Shown here in pieces: positions 24,883-33,897 of a stretch of DNA of 64,000 bases. A program made the translations under genes and the position numbers. The stretch is from positions 63,433-127,432 of the forward strand of contig JAURAI010000004.1 of NCBI GenBank assembly GCA_030829545.1, in the 5' to 3' direction. The notes beneath the pieces are model-generated. The model worked only from the letters and a program-made list of their open reading frames with translations, had not been told where the DNA came from and ran no database searches. This stretch comes from Poseidonia sp. (lineage in GTDB: Archaea > Thermoplasmatota > Poseidoniia > Poseidoniales > Poseidoniaceae). Numbering within the stretch: the first letter of the stretch is position 1; each line of letters starts with the position of its first letter.

Positions 24883-27800
24883 TCGTTCTCGCTTCGTCGG
24901 TTACCTGCAACAGCGGCAAGGCCGATGAGTGCGATGACTGTGAGTGGAGATACAAAGGGCAGAAGACCTGCGTCTTCGGCAACTTCCTCAGCGGTTGGAG
25001 GCGTGTCCTCACCGTCATCGGTGGTTTCGTCTCCCAGACCAAGGTCGGACGTGTCGGCACCAGCGGCTTCGAGGTCATCGGCCAGTTCGGTAAGGTCGTG
25101 ATTTTCCACATCAACGATGTCTTCGAGGTCATCAAATTCAGCCATCGCCTCCTGGGCTTCCTGTGCGGGAACACCGGTGATGTAGCGGATGCTGGCGAAG
25201 GTCATGGGCAGGTCCTGGCTGTAGCCGGTCGTTTCCGGTCCAGCGATGACGTAGCCGTTGCCGTCCTCATCCCAAGCGTACACGCCAACACCAACGATGG
25301 TGGCGTGCTCGTTGCTCCAAAGAGGCGCCCACATGCCGTCGGCGTAGGGGAAGACGGGCACTTCGTAGTTCTCGTCAAGTTCTTGGAAGGTCATCTCAAG
25401 GTTGCTGCCGAAGTTCTCCAGCACGTTGCTGAGGCCAGAATCGGCCAATGCGCCGACAATCTTTTCCATGCGCTCGCTGACTTCGGGGCCGTCTTCAACG
25501 GTCATGCAGTCTTCGTAGGCGTCAAAGGGCTCTGTCTCGCCGTTCTCTACCAATTCAACGGAGAGACAGTATTCGCCCTCACCAGCAATGTCAACCATGT
25601 TCTCGGCGTAGACCTCGGACTCATCGCTGAAAGCAACGCTGCCCTGGTCAACAACCGCGCCATCGGCATCGGAAACGGCCCAATGCATCGTGATGTCGTC
25701 GTATTCACCGCTCCAGGTGCCTGCACCCGCCGTGACACGGAGGGTGTTGTCACCCTCGTTGTTCATGTTGCTGTCCGAGTCTCGGATTTCTGGTCCAGTC
25801 CATGTCGAGTCGCAATTTTCAACAGCGGAGACCAGCAATGTGCCGTCGGGAGCAGCGATGCTTCCACCGGCACACATCGTGTTCTCACCGTATTCCATAT
25901 CGGCTGGTACCTCGGTACCGACCTGAATGTAGCCCGAATCAACGCTAAAGGACACGTCGCAGTGATAGGCAGCGCAGAGCAGAAGGTCATCGCCGGAAGC
26001 GATCACACCGCCCTCGCCGTCATTCATGTAGACGTCCATCAGGAAGTAGATGCCCTCGCCTTCGTCCGAGCCGTCAGCACAGTCTTCGGTGCCGTCGTTC
26101 ACGAGATCAAAGGAAACGGTCGACCAGTCTTCGCAATAGAAGTCATCACTCTCGGCGGCATTGTATTCGTCGCTGCCGTCATCGCACTGCGCAGTACCGT
26201 CGTTGACCCACTGCCAGGGCACGGCGCCGTTGTAATCGGCGCAGTTGTACCAGTCGCCTTCGTTGTCCAAGGGTTCATCGGAAGCGTCAGCGCAGTCCGC
26301 CGTGCCGTCGTTAACGAGTTCAAAGGAAATCTCGGAACCATCCAAGCAGACATAGGTGCTGGTGAGACCGTTGTCGTACTCATCCGAGCCGTCATCGCAG
26401 TCGTCATAGCCGTTGTTGACATCGCCAACTGGCAACTCCATGTAGCCATCCCATTCGCTGTAACATTCAATGGTTGCATCGGATTCAAGACCGAGGCTGG
26501 TAGCATCTACACGGCCGTTGAAGGCGTAGTGTTCCTCGCCGGTATTCCAATCTTGAGTGGTACCGCCCAGCAGGTAGAGGTCGTCTTCGTCCGAACCGTC
26601 CATGCAATCTTCAACACCGTCATTGACGTTCCGAGATTCAATCATCTCACCGCTGTCGCACATGAACCAGTTATCGCTACCGTCGTACTCCTCCATGTCG
26701 CCATCGTCGTCAATGCCAAACCAGTCTTCGATGAGTTCACCCACCGAGTCTTCGAGTTCGGCCTCAAAGTCTTCAGTCACCGCTTCGCCAAAGGATTCGC
26801 TGGCGTGAAGCAAGACATTGCCCATCATGATGAACATGACAGGGTTGCCGGGCGGGCATGTATCACAGGCCGTGACATCGAGCGTGTTACCGTCTCCAAG
26901 GTTGACCTCGAGTGGTTCGTCGGTGCGCATGCTGAACGAGACATCGTCCATGTTGGCCTCGCCTTCGTAGTCGCCTTCGCTGGTGAGTTCGTCGCTAATG
27001 CTGATGTCAAACTGACCTGCATCGAAGCCAAACTCTTCCATGGGTAGGCCCGTCAGGTAGACGTTGTAGTCAGCCGAGCCGATGTAGGAGCCGTCGATCA
27101 TGCCGCACATGTCGTGGACCTCGGCATCGCCCCAACCATCGTCAACACCCACGGTGTCGCCTTCCTCAACGCATTCCCAAACGGTTCGGTCGTTGGAGGC
27201 TGCGGTGACGTAGATGGGGCTGGGGTTGCCAAGTCGCCATTCGGCTTGAGAAGCAATGGAGTAGCTGAAGTCCATGCCGGTGTCGAAGTCAACGTTGAGC
27301 TCCACGCCGTCACCCTCGAGGGCGATGTCGATGCCGAGGTTCATGTCGTTGTCAACAGTCATGTCAATGTCCATGTCTGCGCCGATGAGTTGGGACTGGT
27401 CGTTGAGGTATTCGGTGTAAAGCATGTCAACGGTCAGGACGTTCTCTGCTTCGGCGATGACATCGATGTCAAAGCCGGTGGGCTCGCTGCCGAAGGTGGT
27501 CTCGGACCAGTCGGTCATGATGACGGCGTTGGACAACAGGCCGTGGCGAAGCACTACGTCGCTGGTGCGGCTCCATACCTGAACGTCGTTGCCGTCCAAG
27601 TCCTGGATGGTTTGAGGAGTGATGTCCTCGGTTTGGTGGACGTAAACATTGGATGCGCCCGTGGTCAACTGGCCAAGGTCGAGGTTGAACCCTGCGTCAT
27701 CGGCGTCCGCCATGATTTCGGTGAACAATGTTTGGATGTCCAAGCCAGTTACGTTTTGCAGGTCGCTGTCAAGGCTTGACCAGTCGTATTCGACCCCGTA

Positions 27801-27914
27801 ATAGTATTCAGTGGCTTGTGCGGGTTGGGCTTGAACCGTCGTCATGGGCGAAAGTGCCATGAGCATCAACAAAGTCACAAGCAGGCCGGAAAGGGTGCGT
27901 TTGGTAACGGACAT
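24879..27914 (-). CDS. Highly acidic secreted surface protein with five LDL-receptor class A-like repeats and a C-terminal LPF-TM-RR anchor
   Basis: Signal peptide (KR + hydrophobic + VQA); C....VNDG..DC.DGSDE repeats; C-terminus LLPFVSPLTVIALIGLAAVAGNRR. Confidence 0.85.
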   Translation of the reverse strand: MSVTKRTLSGLLVTLLMLMALSPMTTVQAQPAQATEYYYGVEYDWSSLDSDLQNVTGLDIQTLFTEIMADADDAGFNLDLGQLTTGASNVYVHQTEDITPQTIQDLDGNDVQVWSRTSDVVLRHGLLSNAVIMTDWSETTFGSEPTGFDIDVIAEAENVLTVDMLYTEYLNDQSQLIGADMDIDMTVDNDMNLGIDIALEGDGVELNVDFDTGMDFSYSIASQAEWRLGNPSPIYVTAASNDRTVWECVEEGDTVGVDDGWGDAEVHDMCGMIDGSYIGSADYNVYLTGLPMEEFGFDAGQFDISISDELTSEGDYEGEANMDDVSFSMRTDEPLEVNLGDGNTLDVTACDTCPPGNPVMFIMMGNVLLHASESFGEAVTEDFEAELEDSVGELIEDWFGIDDDGDMEEYDGSDNWFMCDSGEMIESRNVNDGVEDCMDGSDEDDLYLLGGTTQDWNTGEEHYAFNGRVDATSLGLESDATIECYSEWDGYMELPVGDVNNGYDDCDDGSDEYDNGLTSTYVCLDGSEISFELVNDGTADCADASDEPLDNEGDWYNCADYNGAVPWQWVNDGTAQCDDGSDEYNAAESDDFYCEDWSTVSFDLVNDGTEDCADGSDEGEGIYFLMDVYMNDGEGGVIASGDDLLLCAAYHCDVSFSVDSGYIQVGTEVPADMEYGENTMCAGGSIAAPDGTLLVSAVENCDSTWTGPEIRDSDSNMNNEGDNTLRVTAGAGTWSGEYDDITMHWAVSDADGAVVDQGSVAFSDESEVYAENMVDIAGEGEYCLSVELVENGETEPFDAYEDCMTVEDGPEVSERMEKIVGALADSGLSNVLENFGSNLEMTFQELDENYEVPVFPYADGMWAPLWSNEHATIVGVGVYAWDEDGNGYVIAGPETTGYSQDLPMTFASIRYITGVPAQEAQEAMAEFDDLEDIVDVENHDLTELADDLEAAGADTSDLGLGDETTDDGEDTPPTAEEVAEDAGLLPFVSPLTVIALIGLAAVAGNRRSENE

Positions 27915-27992
27915 CAACCCTTACGGCTAATTTACTCCATATTAAGGCTATGGGGGCGGTTTTCCCCCTTCCCCATCGGGGAATTCAAGGAC

Positions 27993-28580
27993 TCATTGTC
28001 TTGCATTTTTGCAGGCATTAACGAAATTTTCAAACATTTCCTTCCCGAATTCAGAATCGTTGACTTCAGGATGGAACTGAAGGCCAAATCTATCTCCTTG
28101 CTCGTTTTCCATCCCTTGCACTGCGCATGACGGGCTGCTTGCAGTGATGAAGAAACCTTCTGGGACTTCGTGGACTTCATCGTTGTGGGACTCCCATACG
28201 GTCTGAGTTGCGTTGGTGCCGGCAAAAATCGTTCCACCCCCATCGTGGAGTTGGATCTCCATAGCACCAAATTCCGGGATGGGTGATTCTCTTGCGTCGC
28301 CGCCGTAATGACGGGCCATGAATTGATGGCCCGCACAGATGCCGAGGATAGGAATGTCGAGTTCCAAAAATGTTGCGCAATTACCCAATTCACCGGTCAA
28401 GCCAATTCGCGCTGCTCCTCCTGAAAGGATCAAGCCGTCCAATTCTCGCAATTCTTCAACCGGAGTTGTGTTGGGAATAATCTGGGTGTCAACCTTGAGA
28501 TAACGCAACATCCGCCATTCCCGATGTGTCCATTGTCCACCGTTATCAACGACATCAATGACGAGGGTTTTGTCTGACAT
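27993..28580 (-). CDS. guaAA: GMP synthase, glutamine amidotransferase subunit A
   Basis: VVDNGGQWTH, ILSGG, PILGICAGHQ, VWESHND, GLQFHPEV. Start moved to ATG 28580. Confidence 0.93.
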   Translation of the reverse strand: MSDKTLVIDVVDNGGQWTHREWRMLRYLKVDTQIIPNTTPVEELRELDGLILSGGAARIGLTGELGNCATFLELDIPILGICAGHQFMARHYGGDARESPIPEFGAMEIQLHDGGGTIFAGTNATQTVWESHNDEVHEVPEGFFITASSPSCAVQGMENEQGDRFGLQFHPEVNDSEFGKEMFENFVNACKNARQ

Positions 28581-28659
28581 GGCCTTCACTGATTTCTTGG
28601 TGATGACGGGACGACCATGAATATGCCGATGGTCGTTTCCTAGGGATTCTCCCCTCACC

Positions 28660-28791
28660 CTAGCGTCGATGGTGGGTCGTCACGATGCCGCAGACTTTGC
28701 ACCAGACCTTGGTGCCGTCTTTACGAGGGGTGACGCCTGAAATGTCAATGCTTGCACCACAGGCACACTTGACGATGTTGTCCATGCCCAT
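28660..28791 (-). CDS. 43-aa zinc-finger microprotein (absent from the ORF track)
   Basis: Hand translation MGMDNIVKCACGASIDISGVTPRKDGTKVWCKVCGIVTTHHRR*; CxCG...CxxCG; fills an otherwise empty co-directional gap. Confidence 0.7.
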   Translation of the reverse strand: MGMDNIVKCACGASIDISGVTPRKDGTKVWCKVCGIVTTHHRR

Positions 28792-28823
28792 GGGACAAGG
28801 CTGGCCTTCATGAAGTGAACGCT

Positions 28824-29915
28824 TTATTTCCATGCCAAAATGGCGTTAAATGCGATGAAGCAGCGCGTGGTAGAGAAGCCTTTGATTTCCTCAACTTCGA
28901 CGGATTCTGCCGTTGCTCCTGTTCCTTCGATCATGGTGATGAGGTCCTCTTTTGTCTGAGCGAGAGCCGCACGTTCAATGATGGCCCATCCCCGCAAGAG
29001 GCGTTGCTCTGCCTGATTCAATATGGGCAACAGGGCTGGAAGATGGGTCAGGCTGTCGTGTGGCAAATTGACCAAAAGGGCGTCTGCAAACCCCCTGCGT
29101 GACGGGTCATGTTGCCACGCTCGTGCATCATCACAGACCAGTAAGGACGGGGAAAGATCGGTTTCGTGTTTTGCCGACCAAGTTGCTAGATTCAGGGTCA
29201 GCAAATCAACAGCTTTGGGATTCAAGTCGCCAACTAAGTACCCCGATAGGAGGTCGGGCTCGGCAAGCAGAAGCGGGAGGGCAGGTCCGACGCCTGCGTA
29301 GGGGTCTGCCACTACAAGGGCGCGCCCTAATTGCTGACGAAATGATTGCAATCGCTCGAGCGTATCTTGGCGTTGTGTTGACAGTCGAGCAGAGAAATAG
29401 GCCTCGCTGGGATCCACCCACATCGCCGTACCGTGTTCACGAATCCGCGTCCGGGTCGACAGAGTTCCGTCTCTGCTTGCGAGTGTCGTTAATTCACGTA
29501 CGCGGAAATCACCAGTCACACCCTTGTCCGCGCATACGATACGGACGTTTGGGAGTTGGTCCAGCATGGCTTGGGCAATGGCATGTTGGTGTTCCCACGC
29601 GTCAGCTTCAAGTTTGACCATCAACACATCGCCTTGAATTTCGTAAGCGCTTGGCCATATCTCGTGAGGGAGTGCTCGGAGCGGGGTGGGAAGCCGGTCT
29701 GTCCAATGACTTGGCCCTTGTTGTTTGGGTTCCCGTTGAACGATGCTGTGCCCCTGCCATCTTTCATCTTCGTCGTCTGGCGCTTCGTCGAGTAGAGGTA
29801 TGCCCCGCATGCCTTCATCCAACTGGAGAACAGAGGCTTTGGAAAGCCACCCCTCTTGGCGACAGCGATGCAACCAAACTTGGGTTTGGTCGCTCGGCAC
29901 TCTCAAATGACGCAT
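28824..29915 (-). CDS. trm5: Trm5/Taw-family tRNA SAM-dependent methyltransferase
   Basis: YEIQGDV, G.FRVREL, YFSARLSTQR, DPYAGVGP, DLNP, VNLP. Confidence 0.8.
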   Translation of the reverse strand: MRHLRVPSDQTQVWLHRCRQEGWLSKASVLQLDEGMRGIPLLDEAPDDEDERWQGHSIVQREPKQQGPSHWTDRLPTPLRALPHEIWPSAYEIQGDVLMVKLEADAWEHQHAIAQAMLDQLPNVRIVCADKGVTGDFRVRELTTLASRDGTLSTRTRIREHGTAMWVDPSEAYFSARLSTQRQDTLERLQSFRQQLGRALVVADPYAGVGPALPLLLAEPDLLSGYLVGDLNPKAVDLLTLNLATWSAKHETDLSPSLLVCDDARAWQHDPSRRGFADALLVNLPHDSLTHLPALLPILNQAEQRLLRGWAIIERAALAQTKEDLITMIEGTGATAESVEVEEIKGFSTTRCFIAFNAILAWK

Positions 29916-29952
29916 GGCCTTCGCCCTATCCAAGCGTCACGGGGGTTTGAGC

Positions 29953-30846
29953 ATGGCGGCAGAGGAAAACGATGACAATTCATTGCCTTCCACTGGCCTC
30001 TTGCTTATCGGCATGGGCATGGGCTCGATAGAAGGTATGACCCGCGCCGCCATTGAGGCTGCCAAGGGTGCTGACCACCGAAGGTATGAGGCTTACACGG
30101 CTCTTTGGCCCGAAGCGGAACTGAAGCGATTGGAAGCAGAAGTTGGGCCTATTGAGCGCGTCATGCGCCCTGAGGTTGAACATCCAGAAGCGTTGTTTTC
30201 TCTTGCAAAGGAAAGTCTGGTGGCTCTTTTGGTCGTGGGCGACCCTCTGCAGGCAACTACACACGTTGACCTGCAATTGCGTGCTGAGATGGCGGGTCTT
30301 GAGTGTCATGTCTATCATGGGATCTCCATTACAACGGTTGCTACCGGTGCTGTCGGCTTGTCCAATTACCGCTTCGGGCGTCAAGTCACGTTGACCTATC
30401 CATACGGAGATTGGATTGCCACTTCTCCGCTTGAATTGGTGGCGGTTAACTGGTCGCGTAATCTCCACACCCTCGTTCTGCTCGACCTTGACCCTACCGG
30501 GCAAGGAACGGGTGAGCAGCGACCCATGAAGCCGGCGGATGCCGTTCATTCAATGCGCCTGATGTGGGAGAAGGTTGACCTCAGGAAAGACGAGCCTCTG
30601 TCTGAAGAGTTCCTGCTCTTAGCACAAGAACAGGCTATTGTTAACGGCTACATGATGCAGGCATTTGACGGACTTCCCGTCGTTCTTTGCTCGGACATGG
30701 GCACGGTTGACCAGCAGATTGTCACGACGACGTTGGGTGCGTTGGCCGAAGAGCCTGGCGGGCGTTTGAACTGCCTTATCTTCCCAGCGGGAACGAGTGA
30801 GGTTGAAGAGAAGGCTCTCCTTCGGTGGAAACGGAGTGAGGAATAA
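29953..30846 (+). CDS. dph5: Diphthine synthase
   Basis: LLLIGMG, EAYT, LVVGDPLQATTH, GLSNYRFG..VT, N..RNLHTLVLLD. Confidence 0.92.
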   Translation: MAAEENDDNSLPSTGLLLIGMGMGSIEGMTRAAIEAAKGADHRRYEAYTALWPEAELKRLEAEVGPIERVMRPEVEHPEALFSLAKESLVALLVVGDPLQATTHVDLQLRAEMAGLECHVYHGISITTVATGAVGLSNYRFGRQVTLTYPYGDWIATSPLELVAVNWSRNLHTLVLLDLDPTGQGTGEQRPMKPADAVHSMRLMWEKVDLRKDEPLSEEFLLLAQEQAIVNGYMMQAFDGLPVVLCSDMGTVDQQIVTTTLGALAEEPGGRLNCLIFPAGTSEVEEKALLRWKRSEE

Positions 30847-32957
30847 TGTTCGGCCTTTCCAATGATGTGTCTCTCCTGTTGTCCTTCTTGCTCTTCATGT
30901 GTTTTTTTGCCGGAGTTGGCCTCGCATCGATGCGAGTCAAGGAGGACACGACCGATGACTACCTTGTTGCTGGCAGAGGAATGCATCCTGCCTTAGCCGC
31001 CCTCAGTGCCGTGAGCACGTGGAATTCGGGCTACATGTTCATCGGTTTCATCGGATTCATCTTCATTCAAGGCTATTCTGCAATTTGGATTGCGTTGGTT
31101 TCCACCATCGGACAACTCGTCGCTTGGATTTGGTTGTACAAATACATCCAGCAGGAAGGAGGGGAACGGGGTATTCGTTCGCTCTCTTCGCTTGTTTCGA
31201 AAACTGCGGGGTCGCCAGAAGCCAAAGTCGCAGCCGTTCTCTCAGTGATTTTCCTTTCCATTTATGCGGCTGCCCAACTTACTGCTGGCGGTGTTGCGCT
31301 CCAAACCATGCTCGGTTGGTCGGAAATTATTGGTATCCTCATCGGCTTTGTACTGGTCGTCGCCTACTGTTACGCCGGAGGCATTCGCGCCTCTATTTGG
31401 ACGGATGCCGCTCAGTCATGTGTGATGATCGTCGGTTCGACCATCCTGTGCGTCGTCGCTCTCAAGGGCACGGGCGGCTTTTCTGGATTGCACAGTGAAT
31501 TGAATGCCATTGACCCAGCCATGGTCAATGTCTTCCCGAGCGGCCTCATGTTTGGAGCCACCCTCTGGATTGCAGCCTTTTTCCTCGGAGGGCTCGGCGT
31601 TGCCGGTCAGCCTCAAGTCGTATCCCGTGTCATGACTCTGAAAGACGATAACGATCGCAAGCAAGCGATGGTTTGGTTCTTCGTTTGGCAAACGCCTTTT
31701 ATCGCCCTCATGTTCCTTATCGGGCTGGCCTGCCGCGTCCTTCTTCCTGAACTTGGAGCCGAAGGTGCTGAGAGCGGTCTACCGCAGTTGGCCATGACGG
31801 AACTCAGCCCCTTCCTTGGCGGATTGATTCTCGCATCGATTTTCGCGGCCACCATGTCAACAGCTGACAGCCAAGTGCTGGCATGCACCGCTGCCATCAC
31901 CGATGACGTACGTCCTGAATGGAGTCAAGATCACAAGACAACGAAGCGAGTCACGTTGGTCGTCGCCATGTTTGCAACCGTGATTTCCTTGGTTGGCCAA
32001 GGCTTCCCTGGCTTTGGTGACTCTGTATTTGCACTCGTCGTCTTAGCAGTTTACGGCCTTGGTGGCATCTTTGTCCCTCTCATCCTGATTCGAATGGCTG
32101 GCTATGAGCCCGATACCACGCATTCGATCTCAATGATGATAGCAGCCATGAGCGCAGTGGTCATTTGGTCAATATTGGGCTACGGGGACGAAGTCTTTCC
32201 GTCAGTCCCTGGCATGGGAGCAGCATTCGCCGTCCACTTTGGCTTCTGCTGGTTACGAAATGATTCTGTGAGCAATCCCTTTGGCCGTTATGCCATTCCT
32301 ACGCAACAGACAGCGGCAATCATCGCTGGCGTTTTATTTGCTTCATTTGCGGTTGTAGAAGGCTCCTACCAAGCCTTTGCGCCGGAAAGTGATGGAACGA
32401 GTTCGGGTAACGGAGCGTATGTCCTTTCCTACACTGTGAGTGAGTGGACCGAGTCTCAGACCCTCTCTCTTGCCGATGGTGAAACACAAACCTTCTCGAT
32501 TCTCATCGACGAAACGATGACGGCGGTTCTCATCGCCGAGTTGACCATCACCTACAGTGACACGGGTGAAACCATCACTTCTGCGTGCGATGATGTCATT
32601 ACAAGTCCAGATTACAGCAACCTTGCAGGACCTTTGGCGGAAAGCGATGATGCAACACGCACAACCACTGGGTGCGATACGACAACCGTTGTTGGAAGCA
32701 TTCGCCCCAACACCGACCTCACCCAATATGCTGGAAATGGGCCGGGCGACTACGAATTAAACGGGACAGAAAATGAATTGATTGAGGTGTTGGAATTCCT
32801 TGGAACGAGCCCCGAGATGGTAGGTACCGTCAACATGGACGTTTCCCTTGAAACCAATAATGGCAACTTCTTGGGCGCCGACGACAGCGAAAATGTCGTT
32901 GTAACCCTCCGAATGTTGGTCTTCCAGCCCAGTGGAATGACGCCGGCTACAGCGTGA
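30846..32957 (+). CDS. putP: Sodium:solute (proline-type) symporter with C-terminal extension
   Basis: DYLVAGR, ALSA...SGYMFIG, Y..AGG..A.IWTD..Q, GQPQV..R.M, AATMSTADSQ. Confidence 0.88.
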   Translation: MFGLSNDVSLLLSFLLFMCFFAGVGLASMRVKEDTTDDYLVAGRGMHPALAALSAVSTWNSGYMFIGFIGFIFIQGYSAIWIALVSTIGQLVAWIWLYKYIQQEGGERGIRSLSSLVSKTAGSPEAKVAAVLSVIFLSIYAAAQLTAGGVALQTMLGWSEIIGILIGFVLVVAYCYAGGIRASIWTDAAQSCVMIVGSTILCVVALKGTGGFSGLHSELNAIDPAMVNVFPSGLMFGATLWIAAFFLGGLGVAGQPQVVSRVMTLKDDNDRKQAMVWFFVWQTPFIALMFLIGLACRVLLPELGAEGAESGLPQLAMTELSPFLGGLILASIFAATMSTADSQVLACTAAITDDVRPEWSQDHKTTKRVTLVVAMFATVISLVGQGFPGFGDSVFALVVLAVYGLGGIFVPLILIRMAGYEPDTTHSISMMIAAMSAVVIWSILGYGDEVFPSVPGMGAAFAVHFGFCWLRNDSVSNPFGRYAIPTQQTAAIIAGVLFASFAVVEGSYQAFAPESDGTSSGNGAYVLSYTVSEWTESQTLSLADGETQTFSILIDETMTAVLIAELTITYSDTGETITSACDDVITSPDYSNLAGPLAESDDATRTTTGCDTTTVVGSIRPNTDLTQYAGNGPGDYELNGTENELIEVLEFLGTSPEMVGTVNMDVSLETNNGNFLGADDSENVVVTLRMLVFQPSGMTPATA

Positions 32958-33798
32958 AGGTCATCCCTTGCTGAGCAACACCCCATCCAAGTGAGGTGAC
33001 TTCGTGATACTGCGTTGATTCCTCTTCATGGAGCGGGTTGGTATGATTGAGGTGGATAAAATGGATTTCTGGGTCGTCTGCACGGCGCTGGCCAAGACGT
33101 TGGATCGTCTCGCTCACAGGCGGATGGGGGACCTCCCCTTGATTGCGTCCTGAAAGTTCGTCTGCACTCCAAAAGGTCCCGTCAATGAGGGCGATGTCGA
33201 CCTTCATGCTGTTGAGCCATGCTCGGATGCTGGCGCTTTCATGAAACGCGAGCGTGGTCGACCATCGGTCGTGGTCGGGAAGGAAAAGGAGGCTTCGATT
33301 CGGCCCTCGGATAATGAAAGCGTGCATGTCGGAAAGTTCGGCGCGGTGGGGAACTTGAACGGCTTCAAGCAAGCATCCTTCACCAAGGCGAACGTGATGA
33401 CCGCTTACAATCGGCTGGGGGACAAAAACGCCGTCGTTCACCATCAGGTTCCATTGTGGCGTCGCCTCTACCAAGGCTTGCATGGACGATGAGAGATAGA
33501 GAGCCAATCCTTTGGCGTTGAGCGTTTCCTTTCCGAAAAGCCCGAGTCCGTCGACGTGGCCAAAATGCGCATGGGTCAATGCAACTGAATGAATGGGTGG
33601 GTGCTTCCAAAGATTGAGTTGGTCTGCAAGTGACCTCGTCGCCTCAATGATGTGTCCGTTGCCATCTTGGTCAAGGATGCCCAGACTCACTGGATGGCGG
33701 TAATCGTCGGGATTCAGGCCCCTGCAGCAATCCAATTGACAACCTGGTTGGGGGCGTCCGCCATCTTGGGCGGTTCCCAGCAATGTGACGGTCACCAT
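32947..33798 (-). CDS. PqqB-like metallo-beta-lactamase-fold hydrolase
   Basis: LLGTAQDGGRPQPGC..DCC, THAHFGH, VPHR.E.SD, DGTFWS..E, HLNHTNP. Confidence 0.88.
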   Translation of the reverse strand: MVTVTLLGTAQDGGRPQPGCQLDCCRGLNPDDYRHPVSLGILDQDGNGHIIEATRSLADQLNLWKHPPIHSVALTHAHFGHVDGLGLFGKETLNAKGLALYLSSSMQALVEATPQWNLMVNDGVFVPQPIVSGHHVRLGEGCLLEAVQVPHRAELSDMHAFIIRGPNRSLLFLPDHDRWSTTLAFHESASIRAWLNSMKVDIALIDGTFWSADELSGRNQGEVPHPPVSETIQRLGQRRADDPEIHFIHLNHTNPLHEEESTQYHEVTSLGWGVAQQGMTFTL

Positions 33799-33897
33799 AA
33801 CAAGTGACACGCGCCTCTTCTCTTTGGCCTTTGCGAACGCAACTCCCCATAGAAGCACTCAAACCTCACCACCGAGCCGCTTGGGTTGGGGAGCATC

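Noticed and set aside
24834..27047. 737-aa plus-strand ORF
   Set aside because: Antisense shadow of the acidic surface-protein gene; its V/A/H-rich composition follows from the biased codons on the coding strand.
32947..33798. PQQ biosynthesis cluster
   Set aside because: Only a stand-alone PqqB-like MBL hydrolase; no pqqA/C/D/E nearby.
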